A stretch of 62,367 nt of DNA, counting the filler, from Globobulimina sp. (lineage: Eukaryota): NCBI GenBank assembly GCA_003354225.1. It is 32 parts of 32 records of this genome, joined end to end, with 100 filler letters (N's around TTAATTAATTAA, not from the genome) between each part and the next. Parts side by side here need not be neighbours in the genome. Positions count along the whole stretch, not along the records: positions 46,860 to 48,710 come from PIVH01011233.1; positions 48,811 to 50,661 come from PIVH01011234.1; positions 50,762 to 52,612 come from PIVH01011235.1; positions 52,713 to 54,563 come from PIVH01011236.1; positions 54,664 to 56,514 come from PIVH01011237.1; positions 56,615 to 58,465 come from PIVH01011238.1; positions 58,566 to 60,416 come from PIVH01011239.1; 25 more parts are not named here. One strand, written 5' to 3'. This document shows positions 47,474 to 60,516 of this stretch, in pieces; within the stretch, counting starts at the first letter, position 1, and each line of letters starts with the position of its first letter. Both the position numbers and the translations under genes were made by a program. The notes under the pieces were generated by a model. It was not told the DNA's origin. It did no database searches and worked only from the letters and a program-made list of their open reading frames with translations.

Positions 47474-48325
47474 TTATATGTTTAGCTGATATGATTGATC
47501 ATATTTTTGTTGCGAAATGCTATGATAATTTAATGTTTTCAGAAACTGTAATTGTCTCAACATTACTTTTAACGACGGCTGGTCGTTCAATTTAAATCGA
47601 GAATAATTAATATTATTACCAGTTCTTCTTCTCCTTAACCTCAACACAGAGCAAACAGTGTCAATATCATCATATTCCTGTAACGAATCCCCAACACAAA
47701 TGACTTTATTTATATGTTTTTTATTGCGCAAAACAGCCATAAATGCAGACGATTTTTGCGATCTATACGACTCTGTGGCGGATATCACCTGTATCTGATG
47801 ATTGATAATAAGTGCCCTCATTCGCTCATACAATCCATTATATATTAAACAGGACTGATTCACCCATAATAAGCTCGCGTTGGTTACAATGCATACATTT
47901 GGTGCACCAAATAATTCTATAAATAACAATAATATTTGACAAACACAATTATTTAGTTCATGCAATACATCCCATTCCTGCTGAATAATATATTCTGAGC
48001 TATTGATGCCATTTTTTATGTTCTGGTCTGTATAGGCGGTTGGGAACAATGTATCATCGTAATCCAATATTATCTGCGTATTTGGCAATGGATTTATATG
48101 TATGATATTTGAGGGGTTATTCTCGTCACTGCACACAACAGGTTCGGTCTCTGTATGTTCAGCCACATTCTTTGCTTTTCGTTGTTGGAATTCTATAAAT
48201 ATACATGCGGCAAAAACAGAGAGCAACAATATAAATACGACGTTTTTTAAGCTAGATATTGAAATTGAACCAAATGTACCATGAATATTTACATGTGCCG
48301 CATTTGTAAGAACCGGTATCGTCAT
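47474..48325 (-). CDS. Membrane-anchored HAD-superfamily hydrolase
   Basis: ILDYDDTLFPT (motif I), IVTNA...WV (II), K (III), VGDS..E (IV), and an N-terminal TM helix. Confidence 0.8.
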   Translation of the reverse strand: MTIPVLTNAAHVNIHGTFGSISISSLKNVVFILLLSVFAACIFIEFQQRKAKNVAEHTETEPVVCSDENNPSNIIHINPLPNTQIILDYDDTLFPTAYTDQNIKNGINSSEYIIQQEWDVLHELNNCVCQILLLFIELFGAPNVCIVTNASLLWVNQSCLIYNGLYERMRALIINHQIQVISATESYRSQKSSAFMAVLRNKKHINKVICVGDSLQEYDDIDTVCSVLRLRRRRTGNNINYSRFKLNDQPSLKVMLRQLQFLKTLNYHSISQQKYDQSYQLNI

Positions 48326-48812
48326 TTGATTTGATTGTTGTTTGTTTTTTGTGGAGTAATTTTTGTAGTATTTATTGTTTCCAAATCCATTGAATTTTGA
48401 ACCCTTTAATTTGTTTAATATTATTTTAATGTGGTTTATATATGTTATTTAGGCATAGATGTAGATGTAAAGTAGTTTGCGATAAAGTAGTTTGTATGAC
48501 GTCGACTAAACTGTTCGGTTTAATGAATACGTTGATGCGACAGGTACTGATGTTGGCGATGAAGAAGGGATTGTCTGTTTTAATGATGCACTATTGCTTC
48601 GTGATGCAAATTGATAAAATGCCAATATCCAAAATATCACTCTTGCCATCATTGAAAAAAAAAAGGAAAATAAAGTTAAAGGTAGGTTTTTGATACTAAC
48701 AATTGACTGGNNNNNNNNNNNNNNNNNNNNNNNNNNNNNNNNNNNNNNNNNNNNTTAATTAATTAANNNNNNNNNNNNNNNNNNNNNNNNNNNNNNNNNN
48801 NNNNNNNNNNCC

Positions 48813-50661
48813 ACGCCAACCCTAGCCTGCATTACATTATTCCGCGCACTTTTGGGCGACTTTGAATTTGAAAATTTGAGTGATATTGGCAGCGAAGTGT
48901 CCGCTGGAATATTATTCTTTGGTTACGGCATAATGTTATTATATCTGGTGATTGGCAGTTTGGTCTTATTAAATTTATTAATTGCGATGATGGCCAAAAC
49001 TTTTGACACAATCGAGGAGGATACTACCGCTTCCATCATATTTGCACGATTTAAATTGGCCATCGATCGAGATACAACGCCGTCGTATATGGCACCACCG
49101 CTAAATGTGTTTGTTATGGGGTTTATGATCTTATTCTATGTGATTGAATTACCAGTGACTACATTACAGAGACTGTGTGATTGCTGCCGACGGAAAAAAG
49201 CAGTGAGGTTTGATTTGGCAGTAAAATTGATGCCGAAATTTATGAAAGAAAGGAAATTAGAGTTGGATGCTCAAGTATTGTTTGATAATTGTCATAAGTT
49301 ATGGACCATCACTACCAATAAAGGACCAACAAAATGCAAAATTATAAAATATAAAAAGGAAGTCGGCGATCATTATGTGCGATTTTATAATGATAATAGT
49401 AAAGGAATTAAAGTATCAGTTAAGTGCGAGTAAAAACGTTTAAATAAATCCGTCAAAGTATCTGACATTAATTCCACTGTTTTTAATCAAAAACTTGTTG
49501 ACAAAAGGTTCAAAATTCAGTGGACAAGAAACATCAATGGCAAGTAGACCTATTTGATTTGCATGACGAAGGATTGATAGAGTTCTCCCAATTTGATGCA
49601 GTGTTCGTTGACGCTGAATGGACCTCAAAAGCGCATGATGCCGTCAGTGCGCATGACAGTGATGACGATCAAAGACCGCCGTATTGGATTTGCGGCTTTT
49701 GCCGCGGCTATGTAAAAGCTTCCAAACTATCCATAAAAAGGCTTGGTTATATGCTAAATGTGAGCGATATGGAAATGAAGATTGTAAACAAAGTATCTCC
49801 CGATATCTGTCCAAATTGTTATCGTGTTCGGTTAGAAAGGAAGCGCTGGGAATTGGTATGGGAAATTATCAGTTATTGGCTGTACAAAATCATGGTCGCT
49901 CCATTGTTATTGTTGATATTTGGCATCGTGATCGGATTTGGTTTGATTGGGAACCCCTCAGACTTAGCGCGAGCAATCGACATTTTGAAATCAAAAATAC
50001 TGTCAGCTCCGGAAGAGGCCGGCGATTTGGTGGAGGAGGCAGTGGAACGTGTTGTGGATCGTGTATTTTCTGACGAAGAGCATCAACGGGAACATGCGGA
50101 TGAGCATAAAAAGAAATTAATGGAGCGACATAAAGGCGATGTCAAATACGTTCGCTATCATTACGCCGATACTCAATTAATCACAAACATGAACGAAATG
50201 GACGAACAGCAAACCATATTTGACGTCGCAGTACGTGACAGTATCTGGGCATTATTAGGCGATGCGAAAAACGACATTGATGTGTTTTTGATGGGAGAGA
50301 AAATAAATAACCACATTATGTCCTTGTCCTCAGAGGACGAGCTGACTGAATTTGAATTTTTCGACGACTTCATCAATATGGGAGGCCTCAAGAAAAACGG
50401 TGGCGATTTCCTGTGGACGGAATATTTCTCGCCATTGGCATTGACCATATTTGAGCGTATACAAAAATTAAGAAACATTTGCATTCCGCTACACTTATTT
50501 CGCAGATATCCGTTTGATATTCACTTGGTTTTGGACGACTTCACGGCGCATTTTGACCACAAAGAAAATTTTAACAAACAATTTAAGGATTTGGATGGTG
50601 GCGATATTGTGGATGCGCTGAACCACTTGGAATGTTTGAATTGCATCAATGAGGAACAACG
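48813..50661 (+). CDS. TRP-type cation channel, C-terminal part (intron about 49400-49520), partial
   Basis: Pore TLFRALLGDF, S6 LLNLLIAMM, TRP-box-like IFAR, and PPLN. Confidence 0.8.
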
Positions 50662-50890
50662 NNNNNNNNNNNNNNNNNNNNNNNNNNNNNNNNNNNNNNN
50701 NNNNNTTAATTAATTAANNNNNNNNNNNNNNNNNNNNNNNNNNNNNNNNNNNNNNNNNNNNGAAGGTTATTGATTGTTATCATGCTAAAAAGAAGAAAGC
50801 GGAAGAAACTCAAGAAAGTAGAATGGAGATTTTGATCCCACACAAAATGAGAATTCGTAAAATTAAAACGCAGATTCAGATAAAATTGCA

Positions 50891-52217
50891 ATGAATTTAT
50901 TTTTTGAAAATATAGTAACATTAAAAAAGTATTTTGGTGATATAAAATTAATTTTGATTGCAATGATATTGCTTATATTTTATTATTATAATTCATATTA
51001 TTTTAAATGTTCATTACTTTCATCTCAACTCAGCCTTTCATATTATTATAGTTTTGATAATGGAATGTGGTGTGATTTAATATTAATTATTTTATTATGT
51101 TTAATGTACATATTTATGGGATCAATTTAATAAAACACGCGTAATTTATCATGATGATGATATGAATGATATTAACAGTAATAAAATTAGCAAAGGTTTT
51201 TTGTAATATTGTGGTTTTTGCTGTATTTATTTTTATTTTTATTGGCGACAATATTTGTTATTTTATCGATGATATTGGACAGCTTACCAAATCATAACAT
51301 TTTTAAATTAAATTCATTGAGCATACAAATTGCACAAAATTCAATTGGAGTGATATTAACAATTAACACAGCGATAATTATTCCGAAATTTGTGGACAAT
51401 GCATATAATACAATTAATATATGCACGTCCACATCATCAGCATTATTTACCTGCAAATATCGGCCATTAATCATTATATTCTTACGAACAGTCTCAATCT
51501 TAATAATACCATTAATATCTTCCATATTTTTATTACAAGAATGCGGCAATAATTGGTCCTATTTTTGGATGGAATGCGATGAGAGACATAAAAAACAATT
51601 TGATATTGCATATTGGGACCAATTATCCGGCGATGATTTGACGGTTTCATCTGCCGCAGAAATTTGTTCATCAATATCAGTTTATAATATTTTATGGAAT
51701 AAATGTGTTCGGACATTTTGTGCAAAATGGTCGACTGTAATAACGCAAAAACAATGTATTATGATTATTTTGCCGTTTTTGATGGTGAAATGGAAAAAAA
51801 TAAAAACTATATATGTTCCCAAAATATGCATCAAAAAAAATCAAAATTGATATGGAATATTCAATGATTTTAACTAAATGCGAATCAATGATTATTTGGG
51901 GTGTAATCTCACCATTTATTATTCCGCTAACAATAATATCTATTTATTCAAATCACTATGTTTATCACAAAATGGTTAATAAACAAAATTGGATTGTTGA
52001 ACCATTTGATAATAATGTAATATTTCCAACATATATTCTATGGCTTAGCTTCATATTCTCACAATGTTTTATTTCAATATTTATATTTATTTGTATTCAC
52101 AACAAAATATGCGCCTATTTATTAATAATAATATTAAGTTTAACCGATGCAGTATATATTATAAAACATAAATATTGTAAAATAAATACAACAAAACAAA
52201 ATCTTGCGTTAAATTAA
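50891..52217 (+). pseudogene. Multi-pass membrane protein gene broken by frameshifts
   Basis: Three hydrophobic ORFs in different frames with no convincing introns between them. Confidence 0.5.
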
Positions 52218-52815
52218 AATTGATAACAAAAAAAAACAATAAGTTGTTGTTGTGTTGTAATATATATTTGTGCTCTAATTAATGTCACGTTATATATAAA
52301 ATGCTAAATATTAAAGTTAAACAATATAAATGGTAGACTTGTAGTTGTTAAGCAATCATGATTCTATTTATAATTCATAATTACATTTATAACTAAACAT
52401 AAGTCCATTAATAACTGACAAGTCCATTTATAACTAAACATAAGTCCATTTTAGATTTTTAGTTAACTTAAAACAATGAATAACGGCGTTACATCACAAA
52501 ATATAGAATTTGAACGTGTTGAGTCTGATCCAGCAGATATGTTTAAACCAAACAATTCTGTCAATTCACCGCATTCAATAACAAGGAATCGACGGAGTAA
52601 AAACAATATTATNNNNNNNNNNNNNNNNNNNNNNNNNNNNNNNNNNNNNNNNNNNNTTAATTAATTAANNNNNNNNNNNNNNNNNNNNNNNNNNNNNNNN
52701 NNNNNNNNNNNNTATTGTTGTGATATTGTATGATCTATCTTATCATGAATGTAATCGTGAATTTTCTCATATCCATATAATAGATTGATATGGGCAATAA
52801 TCAATATTATGAAGC

Positions 52816-54563
52816 ATGTCGAACACATGGTACAGTGCATTTTTTTTGAGTTACTTTATTTTGTCACATAAAAAAGGAATAATGCTGTCCTGTGAAGCTG
52901 TTTTAAGTCGAAAGAATGCATTTTATCCAATTTATGATAAAATCATTATCCCAACAATAGTAAATTGCTTACGTATCATGTCCATCGTGGCATTATTTTA
53001 TTTGAAATTTGAGAAATGTGTAACAGCAATCTTTATTCGTTTTGTTTTTTTGTGTCTCAATCTTTATGGCTTTTATCAAGGTTTAATAGAAGCAAAAATT
53101 ATGGACCAAATCAAAGACAAAAAATGGGATCGTATTATTTTAGCATCCACAGCAATATTATTTGAGCCATTATTACCGAGCATATTTTTGATTGTCGTTC
53201 GGTATTATAATAAAAAAGAAATTATATCATCGCAATATATCCAAATCCCAAACGAGAATGAGGACAATATTGACACTGAGACGCCGCGCATAGAATTACT
53301 CGTTCCATCGACTGACTTTATTGACGAATCTGAGTTATTTGAAATTGACAGCAAGAATAAATTAAATAATTGCATTGAATGGATGAATGAGAAAATATTA
53401 ATGTTCAACACGGATATTGATAATGAGGTATTTTTTTGGATGGTTTCCTGCCAATTTGAGTTTGTGGCACATTTAGTATTTTGTTGTTATTATACCTCAG
53501 TTGACTGGAAATATGGTTTTATTTATCTGGATAAGACCTTATTTGTTAACGACCATATATTATCATTACGTATTTTACCTTTGATCTATGTCATTGTTGC
53601 GGTGCTGTTTTCAATCAAGGTGTTATTTTATTGGATTGCCGATATGTTTCGAAATTGTTACCACGTTCAAAGAATGTTATTATTATTACCCACTGAATAC
53701 TTATTATATGTATTAACGATATTATTTGATATATTTTCTTCATTTGCGCTGTATTCATTTTATGCGCAACATCGATTTAATTCATATTGGAATTATCATT
53801 ATTTTCCTGTTTATATTTCACATGTAATGATATTATATTTGTTATTTTATTGGCTGTGCCTTCACGGACCATTTGTTTTGTGGTATAACCGAATGGATCT
53901 TATTCATCATTTGAAGAATCACACTTTGATGTTTTGTTTGCTCTCTGTTTTAATTATATTGATGACTCTGTTATGTGCCTGGCTGTTATATTGGATATTA
54001 TTTGGTGTTTGGTTTAGTTTATTTTCATTTTTCCTCATTATGTTAGCAAATCAATACACAATGAACATCAATCATAGTGATCATGACTCATTCCGTGCGA
54101 TGTGGACAACATTTTGTAATTTTATATTGAATTCGAAATCATCCAAAGACGAATTATATCGAATTATGTCACTCAAATCGACACTTCATAGTTGTGGATT
54201 GGTCAAAAATGATGAATTATATAATAAATTTGTCCATTTCACTGACAATGAGTGGCTTGTTTGTGATCGTAAAAAAACTATAAAAAATATACAAAGTTTG
54301 AGTGGTGAAAAACTGTCAAATACACAGCGATTAAAAGAAGCAGTATATCCAATTTGTAATGATATGAGAAATGGAATATATTCATTACAATTGGATTTTG
54401 GTAATGTTGTATTTTATGGAGAGTGTGCACTTATTGTTATATTTTTAATTCTTTTGTCCGTGATCATTTTATCAAAGATGTCGATTTTACCGTATTTATT
54501 ACTGGAATGGATGTGGAATATTCAATTATTCGGTGTGCTGGATTATATTTTATTTTGTATTTG
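52816..54563 (+). CDS. Hypothetical multi-pass membrane protein, partial
   Basis: ~580 open codons with many TM helices. Confidence 0.6.
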
Positions 54564-55636
54564 NNNNNNNNNNNNNNNNNNNNNNNNNNNNNNNNNNNNN
54601 NNNNNNNTTAATTAATTAANNNNNNNNNNNNNNNNNNNNNNNNNNNNNNNNNNNNNNNNNNNNTATTGATTTCATTAAATTTTGCAAATTAATGGAGAAT
54701 AACTGTGACAATAATAATATTGAGGAATATTTGGCGCAGTGCGTATTGATTCACTTTGCGTGTTTGCCAGAGTTAAAAGGTGCGATTTCTGTTTGTGTTC
54801 GTGTTGGAAGGCAAATATTTGAGAAACAATCAAAAACTACAAAATGGGCAAAGGAGAGACAGAAATTCCATAAAGATATGGATGGAAAATTGAATTTGTA
54901 TCAAACACACAATCTGCGATGAACTCTATTTGTCGACCATTCGCTTTGTTAATTATTACTATCTGTTTCAATATCTAATGTTTCTAACGTGTTGTTGGGT
55001 GATATTTGTTGTGTTGGTGGTCTAAAACGGAAAACTGTTCTCATTGTCTCTTTTTTTTTTGTTTATTTCTTTTGTATCTCAAGTACTGTAGAATGTCAAT
55101 TGAGAGCGGCGAATTAATTGATTCGCCGATTCCGTAGCATTTAATTTGCGAAATAGCTAATGCTAATATTGCAGCTGCATTGTTTCATCAACTTATTGTT
55201 GTCTATATAAATAAATAAAACGATGATAAATTCCGATAAACTCCTCTTTACAACCAACTAAAATTACATTTAATATTTATGTCAGATAAATTGATTTGCC
55301 ACCACTTGTGAGTCATAGTAACTGCTCCGATCATGAGATGCATATTTTCAATACCTTTACGTATACCGTGCCCAGTCTGTAACTCTGTATTTGCGAATGA
55401 TTTGATGTTGAAACTATATGATGTGATTTCTTGTCAACATGTGAGTCATAATAATTGCGCTGATCATAAGATGGTTAGAGTTCAATTCCGCGCAAAGAGG
55501 GACGTGATTAATATTTCCAATAACTTTTTGTAACTCCAAATCATAAAATATGAGACGTAGATATATCTCCGAGAAGAACCATCATTTCTCGCCAAACAGA
55601 AAACTGCATTGCTTAAAAGTTGTTTACATTTATATC

Positions 55637-55951
55637 ATGGAGATATTAATGGGAAAATTAAAAGGATGGATGGAATCAAAAGAACTGGGTAATTTATGGG
55701 ATGACCATTTCAAAAAAATTGCACCAAAAATATTTGGTTGTGCTCTCCAGAATCAGTGGCAAAGGGCAGAGATTACTGCACACGCTCTAAAAATTCCAGA
55801 CGGGCTTTGGGAAGAATTAGAAGAATTTGTAGTGAACAGTATTGGAGAGCTTCCTTCAAGCGATGAAGACGAAGATGAAGATAAAGATAAACACGCTGCA
55901 CAGAAAAAAGTCGAAGAAAAAGAAAAAAAAAAGCACCAATGTTTTTCATAG
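55637..55951 (+). CDS. Small hypothetical protein or exon
   Basis: Protein-like composition with an acidic/basic tail. Confidence 0.35.
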   Translation: MEILMGKLKGWMESKELGNLWDDHFKKIAPKIFGCALQNQWQRAEITAHALKIPDGLWEELEEFVVNSIGELPSSDEDEDEDKDKHAAQKKVEEKEKKKHQCFS

Positions 55952-56614
55952 AAGAAATAAAATAAGAATATTACAAAAAATAAAAATGTGTGTTTTGAGT
56001 CATATATGTAAATGTAATATGTAAATATGTAATATGTGTTTTTTATTAATATTTGTGCATTCGATCTGCGTAACAATGAATGATTGTTTTTAGTTTTTAT
56101 TAATCAGTTTGATATTTAAGCAAACTAATTCGTAAAAACAATCATTACATTGCATGTGATGTGTATTATTGAGTGGTGATTAAAGGTTGTATTTGCAGTA
56201 TGAATAGATATTAAATATGTGCATTATTAAAATTAAATACATTTTTAGGTTCACACATTTTTTGTTTTTATTTTTGTATCCGATAGTTTTGTTTGTTTTT
56301 TTCACGATTTTTATCAATAAATGTTTTCATTTCGGTAAACGCATCACATACAAAAACGTCTCTGTTTTTGGGTTCGCGTTGAGTTCGCACAAGAATATTA
56401 TTCATCATTTTGTTTAATTGTTTTTCTTCGTTATCCTGACGTGAATAAGTTAAACATGGTAAGCTTCATTACATTGCCATCTTTATCATCATTATGAATT
56501 AATTGGTGATGGATNNNNNNNNNNNNNNNNNNNNNNNNNNNNNNNNNNNNNNNNNNNNTTAATTAATTAANNNNNNNNNNNNNNNNNNNNNNNNNNNNNN
56601 NNNNNNNNNNNNNN

Positions 56615-56757
56615 TCCATGCTGGGACTGGGTGTTCAATACAAAATGGTATAGATACAAAGTTTATTAATGCTGCAAGTTTGAATGAAGCATATTACCCA
56701 AGAGATAAACCTATTGTGTTTTATGTTGAGTGTAAGGAGAATTTGAAAGATTCTTAA
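56615..56757 (+). CDS. 3' end of a metallophosphoesterase (MPPED-like)
   Basis: H...G......TKFINAASLN..Y....KPIVF, then a stop. Confidence 0.6.
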
Positions 56758-56798
56758 TTCGAAAAATATGTTAAAGTTTTCAGTTGTGAACGCTCCCT

Positions 56799-56858
56799 AA
56801 TCACCTTACTCAAACTTTGCAGAATCACCTTACAAAATCACCTTACAAAATCACCTTA
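56799..56858 (+). repeat. Four AATCACCTTA repeats just upstream of a start codon
   Basis: One copy at 56799 and three tandem 13-nt units from 56823. Confidence 0.8.
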
Positions 56859-56877
56859 AATCTTCTGTTTCTTAACT

Positions 56878-57633
56878 ATGACAGATCTGTCAGTAAAGGA
56901 CAAGGCAATATTAACAACCTCTGGTTATCTCCGACATCTCTGGTTAACAACCTCTGGCTCTGCTTATTGTGATTTTGATGGAGACATAATGGCATTGACT
57001 TTTTCTTTTTATGATTACCCCGTATATAATATATTTAAAGAAATATTCAATCAAGAAATTGCAATAAAAATCACAGATTATCTTAATGAACCGCGCATTG
57101 TCAATAATAGTGATAAACAGTTCATTGATATGGGCTCAACAATCAATATTTTACATTTAAAACCCGCAAATCATCGTGAACGATGGTCGTCTGATGAAGA
57201 AGGTGAATTAGAGGAATATATTAATTCCGTTAATCCAAAAAAACCAAAGAAGAGATTTATCCGAGATTTTACAAAAAAATGGGAAAGAACAGCATCAGCG
57301 ATAGAAAATAAAATTCGCAAATTAAAAGGGAAAGACAGTCACAAAAAGGAAGTAAAAAAAGAAAAAAAAACGTATAGATTTTGGTCAAAGGAAGAACATT
57401 CTGAATTAATTCAACATATTAATGACAATTCTGATAAACCGACCAAACCACAAGATATCAATTTTTATGCAAATGAGTTTAAAAGGACACCAGCAGCAAT
57501 AAGACAAAAAATATATGGATTAATTAACATGAATGAGACAGCAGCGATAAGAACAAAAATATATAAATTAGTTAAGATGAATGAGACAGAAAGACTGAAA
57601 ATTGCAAAAGATTTTAAAAATGGAAAATGTTGA
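56878..57633 (+). CDS. Protein with two Myb/SANT-like repeats and an N-terminal GYLR motif
   Basis: WSSDEEGEL...ERTASAI and WSKEEHSEL...KRTPAAI. Confidence 0.7.
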   Translation: MTDLSVKDKAILTTSGYLRHLWLTTSGSAYCDFDGDIMALTFSFYDYPVYNIFKEIFNQEIAIKITDYLNEPRIVNNSDKQFIDMGSTINILHLKPANHRERWSSDEEGELEEYINSVNPKKPKKRFIRDFTKKWERTASAIENKIRKLKGKDSHKKEVKKEKKTYRFWSKEEHSELIQHINDNSDKPTKPQDINFYANEFKRTPAAIRQKIYGLINMNETAAIRTKIYKLVKMNETERLKIAKDFKNGKC

Positions 57634-57885
57634 TCTATTTAATTAATCTATTTAATTTTATAAAACAGTACTTTTTAGATTCCAATGAAAAAAAAAATCC
57701 ATGAGGTTGATGAGATTGTAGCAATGATTATTTTTTCCGGAAAAAATAACACTGATCGAAAAAAGTACTAGTAATACACAATGACATTCATTTCATAGAG
57801 TTTTGAAGAATTCTTGACTTATAAACTGCTGTGCACCGTTAACGTTACAAAAATTGAAAATCCTAAATATTACTTTATTATTAAT

Positions 57886-58465
57886 TTACTTATGAAACAT
57901 ATTGTTAGACCAACCAAATAATTTTAAGTAAACTAGATAAGTGATCATCGGCAACATTAATGATACTATCAACAGAATAGGACCTAAATTATCAATCCAT
58001 TCATACTGTATTCTATTCACCAACACTTCATTCCTTTTATAATATTCATGATAGGATCGCAGCAATATACCAATCGACAATATAATCAACAAAACACCAG
58101 TCACCTTCTCGTGTCCCATGCTTAATATGATCATTCCAACCAGAACAGTCATGGCAGCCATTCGCATCCATTTCAAGAAGGTCCTCTCGTTTGCCATATA
58201 CGACCTTGGTTCCACATTCATCGGTATTATCTCCTTTAAATCATCGCACTCTGTCACCATCTCCAACTGCTGTATGCACTCTGCCATTTGTTTTAAATTC
58301 ACACCCTTTTCCCTCAAATCATTGGCATCCAAATGGCCAAACGGTATGGTCCTTGTACACAACACTGCCGCTACCTGTTCTATATACGATTCATTCCTTT
58401 TTTCTTGCACAAATTCATTTAATTTAATTTTGGGCCATAATGTACTCGTTAATGTCTTACTAAAA
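57886..58465 (-). CDS. VTC (vacuolar polyphosphate polymerase complex) subunit, DUF202 membrane domain, 5' partial
   Basis: IPMNVEPRSYMANERTFLKW followed by three TM helices. Confidence 0.85.
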
Positions 58466-58743
58466 NNNNNNNNNNNNNNNNNNNNNNNNNNNNNNNNNNN
58501 NNNNNNNNNTTAATTAATTAANNNNNNNNNNNNNNNNNNNNNNNNNNNNNNNNNNNNNNNNNNNNCACTGGTTTGTTCTGTACTATTAATATCAATAAAT
58601 TAAAGCGTCATGATATCTGACAGTATATTAAAACACCATTCAGACATCAAAAGTTTTGTAACTAAAACTATCACAGTAACTGAAACGAATGCGTTATGTT
58701 AGAAATGTAATGATAACTATTATTAAAAAAAAAGCAACAATTC

Positions 58744-60416
58744 CTATCGTGTCAATCCTTTGGCAATGCCATGTAACAATTGCTTCACAAATCTATGCGT
58801 AATATTGGTATAATTTACAATATGTTCCCCATTGATATTCTTCCAATTTTGTTCACAAAGTTCATGCAATATTTCGCAATTTTTCTCCAAATCCTGCTGT
58901 AAAAACTCAAATAAATCCTTCTCGGCTCCAGTGCGCAAATAATAGGCATAAACATACGTATACTTCAAAATCTGTCGACAAAAAAAGATCTCATCGTGCG
59001 CATTCTGCAAAAACTCCACATCAATCCATGACTTTCCAGTGTCATTCCCCATATTCAAATGCGACTTAATTTTCCGTAGAACTTTATGCGAGGATTCAAT
59101 CAAAAACTGCCGACTCTGTGCATGATTATGAAACCTATTAAAATAATGCACGAATTTATCCAATTCCTCGTCTTCCTTCTCCTGCAACTTCTGCTTATTC
59201 CCCATCGTAGCTTTGGCCTTATACTTATTGCACCGATAATAGCCCCCCGTGCCAATTCCGTGCTGCTTCCAAGTGCCCATACAAACCCAACAGAATTCAT
59301 ACTGGCACTTGGAGCACACCATATGGTTGCAACCGTGGTTCCGCTCGATGCGCGTAAAGCATTTCGGACATTTCTTGGTATTGGTCACGATCCACTGCGC
59401 GTTCTCTGACTCTTTTAGACATTTAAAGTTCCAACTTTCGACCTGCGAACAGGTGGCGGGCGCGTGATATTCCTCCAAACACAAAAAACAAACATCAAAG
59501 CCACATTTGCATTGTACAAATACGGACTGCTGTTCCTGTGCGGCACTGCCAACTCTATGGCCCTGCCCTTGTTGTTGTTGTTGTTGTTGTTGCGCTGCAC
59601 GGCTTTCTTTCTTATGCTCGGTGGCTTTTTTCTTCTTTGCATTGGAGCTTTGACCGAAAAACTGAAAGCCTTGCAACTCTGCAGCTAATTTGTCATATTT
59701 TGTAGGCGATTTTTCAACGTTGACTTGCTTTTGTTTTTGTTTTTGTTTTTCTTGCCGTTGCCGTTGCTGTTGCTGTTTCTGTTTGTATTTTGATTTATAT
59801 TTTGTGGGACTGGGAGTGCATTTATTTGACGTATTGGTGTCGTTAATCAATGATTTTGGAGACGTGTCGTTGCAATAAATGATGTAATTGCATCCCGGCG
59901 CGGGACAGAAGCGGTATTTGTGTGCGTTGCAAGTGATGTATGATTGTACCATATAATTTTCATATTTGTTCCATTGTTTCACGACATCTGCGCAGAATTG
60001 TTTAATGACGGAGTTTTTAAGCGGAGTCTTACATTTATGGCCGGGACAAGTGATGAAAATGGAATTGAATGATTTGTTGTTGATGGTGGAGCAGATATAA
60101 TCGGTCCAACATTCGTTACAAAACCGATGGTTGCAATCTAAGCTGAAGGTCGATGATATTTTTACATCATTGACACAAATGCAACATTCAATCATTAAGT
60201 CGTTGTTGGATAAGAGTTTCTTGTCGTTTTTTTTGTGGATTAAATGTAAATTATGTTCGTGTACACATTTTAGTGAATTGCAGAGATATTTTTCCATTAA
60301 ACGCTCGGTTTTCCAGTCGTAGCGACGTAATAATAACGAGACTATTTCGGTGTCGATGTTCAAGGTTAAGGATAATTCGTGGATTACGGTGTTGATATGC
60401 TGTTTCATGTCCTTTT
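58744..60416 (-). CDS. ARIH: Ariadne-family RBR E3 ubiquitin ligase, 5' partial
   Basis: RING1, IBR, RING2 (TKKCPKC...IERNHGCNHM.C..C.YEFCW.C) and the Ariadne domain (HYFNRF.NH, YTYVYAYY, LFEFLQ). Confidence 0.93.
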
Positions 60417-60516
60417 NNNNNNNNNNNNNNNNNNNNNNNNNNNNNNNNNNNNNNNNNNNNTTAATTAATTAANNNNNNNNNNNNNNNNNNNNNNNNNNNN
60501 NNNNNNNNNNNNNNNN

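Noticed and set aside
11828-52217. Alternative genetic code or programmed frameshifting to explain broken genes (jacalin, transposase, GH16, membrane protein)
   Set aside because: Intact genes end in TAA, TAG and TGA, and the break sites share no slippery motif. Pseudogenisation or sequencing error is simpler.
1854-60516. Regularly spaced TTAATTAATTAA repeats, and gene neighbourhoods across them
   Set aside because: These are assembly linkers. Contigs are sorted by length, so no operon or system can be inferred across them, and ORF tails such as XXX-LIN are artefacts.
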